Of a stretch of 64,000 nucleotides of DNA, positions 60,669 to 64,000 are shown piece after piece. The notes below the pieces were generated by a model that was not told the origin of the DNA, made no database searches, and saw only the letters and a program-made list of their open reading frames with translations. The translations under genes and the position numbers were made by a program. Positions within the stretch are counted from its first letter, which is position 1. The number at the start of each line of letters is the position of its first letter. Source of the stretch: Squalus acanthias (lineage: Eukaryota). Where the stretch lies: positions 88,476,001 through 88,540,000 of the forward strand of contig CM059432.1 of NCBI GenBank assembly GCA_030390025.1, written 5' to 3'.

Positions 60669-61605
60669 ATGGGTGCCACTTATGCTGTTTCACCTTGGAC
60701 CTCAGATTCGGACCAAGATGAGCCCCAGCACCAACAACACCAGCAACACCAGCAGGAGAAGCAGCTATTCCACAAGAGAGAGGGAATGAGCACAGGGGAG
60801 CACCTCGTTGGAGGCGATACACCCAACTCAGGGTATATAGGCAGAGGATCAGCTTCCTGGACATGACTGAATGCCAGTGCCTCAAGAGGCTCAGGCTATC
60901 GTGTCAGCCCATGGCAGACATTTGTAGCCTACTGGAAGAAGACCTGCTGCCAAGTGGACCTGGTGGACACGCGTTACCAGTGGCTGTCAAAGTCACCACT
61001 GCCCTCAACTTCTTCATCTCAGGCTCCTTCTAGGGATCTGCAGGAGATATTTGCAGGATCTCGCAGTCGGCCGGCCACAAATGCATCACCCAGGTGACCG
61101 ATGCCATGTTTGACAAGTCATGCACTTACGTGCACTTTGCCACTGATGAAAACAGTCAGACTGAGCGGGCGCTCGGCTTTGAGCCTCTGGCAGGCTTCCC
61201 ATGGGTGCAGGGCATCATTGACTGCACACATGTGGCCATCACGGCACCCCCACATCACCCAGGAGTGTTCGTGAACTGGAAGGGCTTCCACTCGCTCAAT
61301 GTGCAACTCATCTGCAACCACAAAAAGATCATCATGCATGTGTGTGCCAGATTTCCAGGGAGCTGTCATGATTCATTCATCCTGCGCCAGTCCACCCTCC
61401 CTCAGCTCTTCACACCTCCGACCAGAATTACCGGCTGGCTGCTTGGAGACGAGGGCTATCCACTGAAGACGTGGCTGATGACACCCTTGAGGAGGCCAAA
61501 CAATGAGGCCGAAGAGCGCTGCAATCAAAGCCAGATGACGACAAGATGTGCAATAGAGCAAGCGATCAGGATGTTGAAGATGTGCTTCAGATGCCTGGAC
61601 AGATC
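60669..61605 (+). pseudogene. HARBI1-like transposase, 3'-truncated by L2
   Basis: [44 protein letters not shown]. Confidence 0.9.
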
Positions 61606-62175
61606 AACAACAGCAACAACAACAATAACAACAACTTGTGTTTACATAGCACCTTTAATGTAGTAAAATGTCCCAAGGTGCTTCACAGGAGTATTATGAG
61701 ACAAAAAATTTGACACTGAGCCATGTAAGGAGAAATTAGGGCAGATGGCCAAAAGCTTGATCAAAGAGTTAGGTTTTAAGGAGCGTCTTAAACGAGCAAA
61801 GAGAGGTAGCGAGGCAGAGAGGTTTAGGCAGGGAATTCCAGAGCTTAGGACCTAGGCAACAGAAGGCACGGCCGCCAAAGGTTGAACGATTATAATCAGG
61901 ATGCTCAAGAGGGCAGAATTAGAGGAGCGCAGATATCTCAGGGGGGTTGTGGGGCTGGAGGAGATTACAGAGATAGGTAGGGGAGAGGCCATGGAGAGAT
62001 TTGAAAACAAAGATGAGAATTTTGAAATCAAGGTGTTGCTTAACCGGGAGCCAATGTAGGTCAGCGAGCACAGAGGTGATGGGTGAACGGGACTTGGTGC
62101 GAGTTAGGACACAGGCAGCCGAGTTTTGGATGACCTCAAGTTTACGTAGGGTAGAATGTGGGAGGCCAGCCAGGC
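61606..62175 (-). mobile_element. L2 LINE 3' end
   Basis: IQNSAACVLTRTKSRSPITSVLADLHWLPV and a (CAA)n tail on the plus strand. Confidence 0.85.
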
Positions 62176-62549
62176 ATGCGTTAAAAAGACACTGCAAAAC
62201 ATGCCTCTCCAACATCCGGGTTCCCGACACATTCCAGGCATCCCCCGGCCTCTGCACCCATCGCAAGCTAAAAATTCAGCCCATGATTTTTTGACAAGGC
62301 TCGGATAATTTCATTTTAAATACACAAAGCAGTTAATGAAATTGTTTTGCACATGAACTTTGATCAATGCCGGCTGAAAGATTTCCATGGGTTACATTGT
62401 GACACTCGCTCTCCATGATTCTAAACATGTTTAATTTCTTTGTTGCTTCATTCTAAATATTTGTTGGAGAGGATATGTTTGTAAAATAGAGGCTAAAAAG
62501 GGAGCATTTTTTTCTGAAACCTAAGCAGTGTAGCATTTATATTGTGTAA

Positions 62550-63810
62550 TTCTATGGTAGAAACTTGACTAAATTTTTTGATGAGGTAACAGAGAGGGTT
62601 GATGAGGGCAATGCGGTTGATGTGGTGTACATGGATTTCCAAAAGGCGTTCAACAAAGTGCTACATAATAGGCTTGCTAGAGAAGTTGAAGCCCATGGAA
62701 TAAAAGGAACAGTGGCAGCATGGATACGAAATTGGCTAAGTGACAGGAACAGAGTAATGGTGAATGGTTGTTTTTTGGACTGGAGAAAGGTATACAGTGG
62801 TGTCCCCCAGGGGTCAGTTCTAGGACCACTGCTTTTCTTGATATATATTAATGACTTAGATTTGGGAGTACAGGGCACAATTTCAAAATTTGCAGATGAC
62901 ACAAAACTTGGCAGTATCGTGAACAGTGAGGAGGATAGGGATAGACTTCAAGAAGACATTGACAGGCTGGTTAAATGGGCGGACACGTGGCAGATGAAAT
63001 TTAACGCAGAAAAGTGCGACGTAATACATTTTGTGAGGAAGAACGAGGAGAAGCAATATAAACTAAAGGGTACAATCCTAAAGTGGGTGCATGAACAGAG
63101 AGACCTGGGGGTATATGTGCACAAATCATTGAAGGTGGCAGGGCAGGTTGAGAAAGCGGTTAAAAAAGCATACGGGATCCTGGGCTTCATAATTAGAGGC
63201 ATTGCGTACAAAAGCAAGGAAGTTATGATGAACCTTTATAAAACACTGGTTTGGCCTCAATTGAAGTACTGTCTCCAATTCTGGGCACCACACTTTAGGA
63301 AGGATGTGAAGGCCTTAGAGAAGGTGCAGAAAAGATTTACGAGAATGATTCCAGGGATGAGGGACTTCAGTTATGTGAATAGACTAGAGAAGCTGGGGTT
63401 GTTCTCCTTAGAGCAGAGAAGGTTGAGAGGAGATTTTATAGAGGTGTTCAAAATCATGATGGGTCTAGACAGAGTAGATAGAAACTGTTCCCATTGGCGG
63501 AAGGGTCGAGAACCAGAGGACACAGATTTAAGGTGATTGGCAAAAGAACTAAAGACAACATGACGAAAAACATTTTTACGCAGCGAGTGGTTAGGATCTG
63601 GAATGCACTGCCTGAAAGGGTGGTGGAGGCAGACTCAATTGTGGCTTTCAAAAGGCAATTGGATAAGTACTTGAAGGAAAAAAAATTGCAGGGCTACGGG
63701 GAAAGGGCGGGGGAGTGGGACTAGCTGAAGTGCTCTTGCAGAGAGCTGGCACGGGCTCGATGGGCCGAATGTTCTCCTTATGTGCAGTAACCATTCCATG
63801 ATTCTATGAT
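62550..63810 (+). mobile_element. 5'-truncated CR1 LINE
   Basis: ORF 62565-63536 with [24 protein letters not shown]; tail ATTCCATGATTCTATGATT. Confidence 0.92.
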
Positions 63811-64000
63811 TTAAAAAATAATCAAAACATTTGGTGCCCCATTCTCTGCTGGAATTGCTGTTCACAGTAAAAGTGGTGGAGTGTATGGAATAGGAGGGTT
63901 AGCAGAGGCATTTGGTGCTACTTATGCTCGTTGGAGTTTATCATGGCAGGAGAACTGCACGCTGACACCTCTGCTGGATCTGCCCATCTGTCGAGTGAGG

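Larger units (their letters stand above)
60142..62282. mobile_element. Harbinger element with internal deletion
   Basis: Perfect 14-bp TIR GGGCTGAATTTTTA / TAAAAATTCAGCCC; TSD not evident. Confidence 0.85.

Noticed and set aside
1..64000. CRISPR array or prokaryotic operons
   Set aside because: No regularly spaced repeat-spacer array; the sequence is vertebrate repeat-rich DNA.

Overview
Repeat-dominated vertebrate genomic DNA. The host is most likely a cartilaginous fish (shark), inferred from HE1/V-SINE-like and Deu-type SINEs and the CR1/L2 families. Almost no host coding sequence is present; one possible terminal exon lies at about 2.4-2.5 kb. The centrepiece is a degenerate provirus at 21564-36052 with TG...CA LTRs, a 5-bp TSD (CACAC) and a PPT. 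Its gag has a coiled-coil N-terminus and a single CCHC knuckle. Gag and pol are in frame across a TGA. Pol carries a YVDD reverse transcriptase, two RNase H domains in tandem and a GPY/F integrase. Env has a post-cleavage subunit of about 455 aa, more like a paramyxo/pneumovirus F protein than a standard retroviral TM. This combination matches lokiretrovirus-like elements. The provirus sits inside a PIF/Harbinger transposon and itself carries two nested CR1 LINEs, an HE1-like SINE and a MITE. The window also holds six Harbinger-derived elements with spliced Myb/SANT genes and/or HARBI1-like transposases, many MITEs, L2/CR1 fragments and a Gypsy relic. Penelope-like short repeats are also present, one with an intact minimal hammerhead ribozyme core (54526-54564, minus strand). 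All calls come from reading the sequence by eye; no database searches were run.
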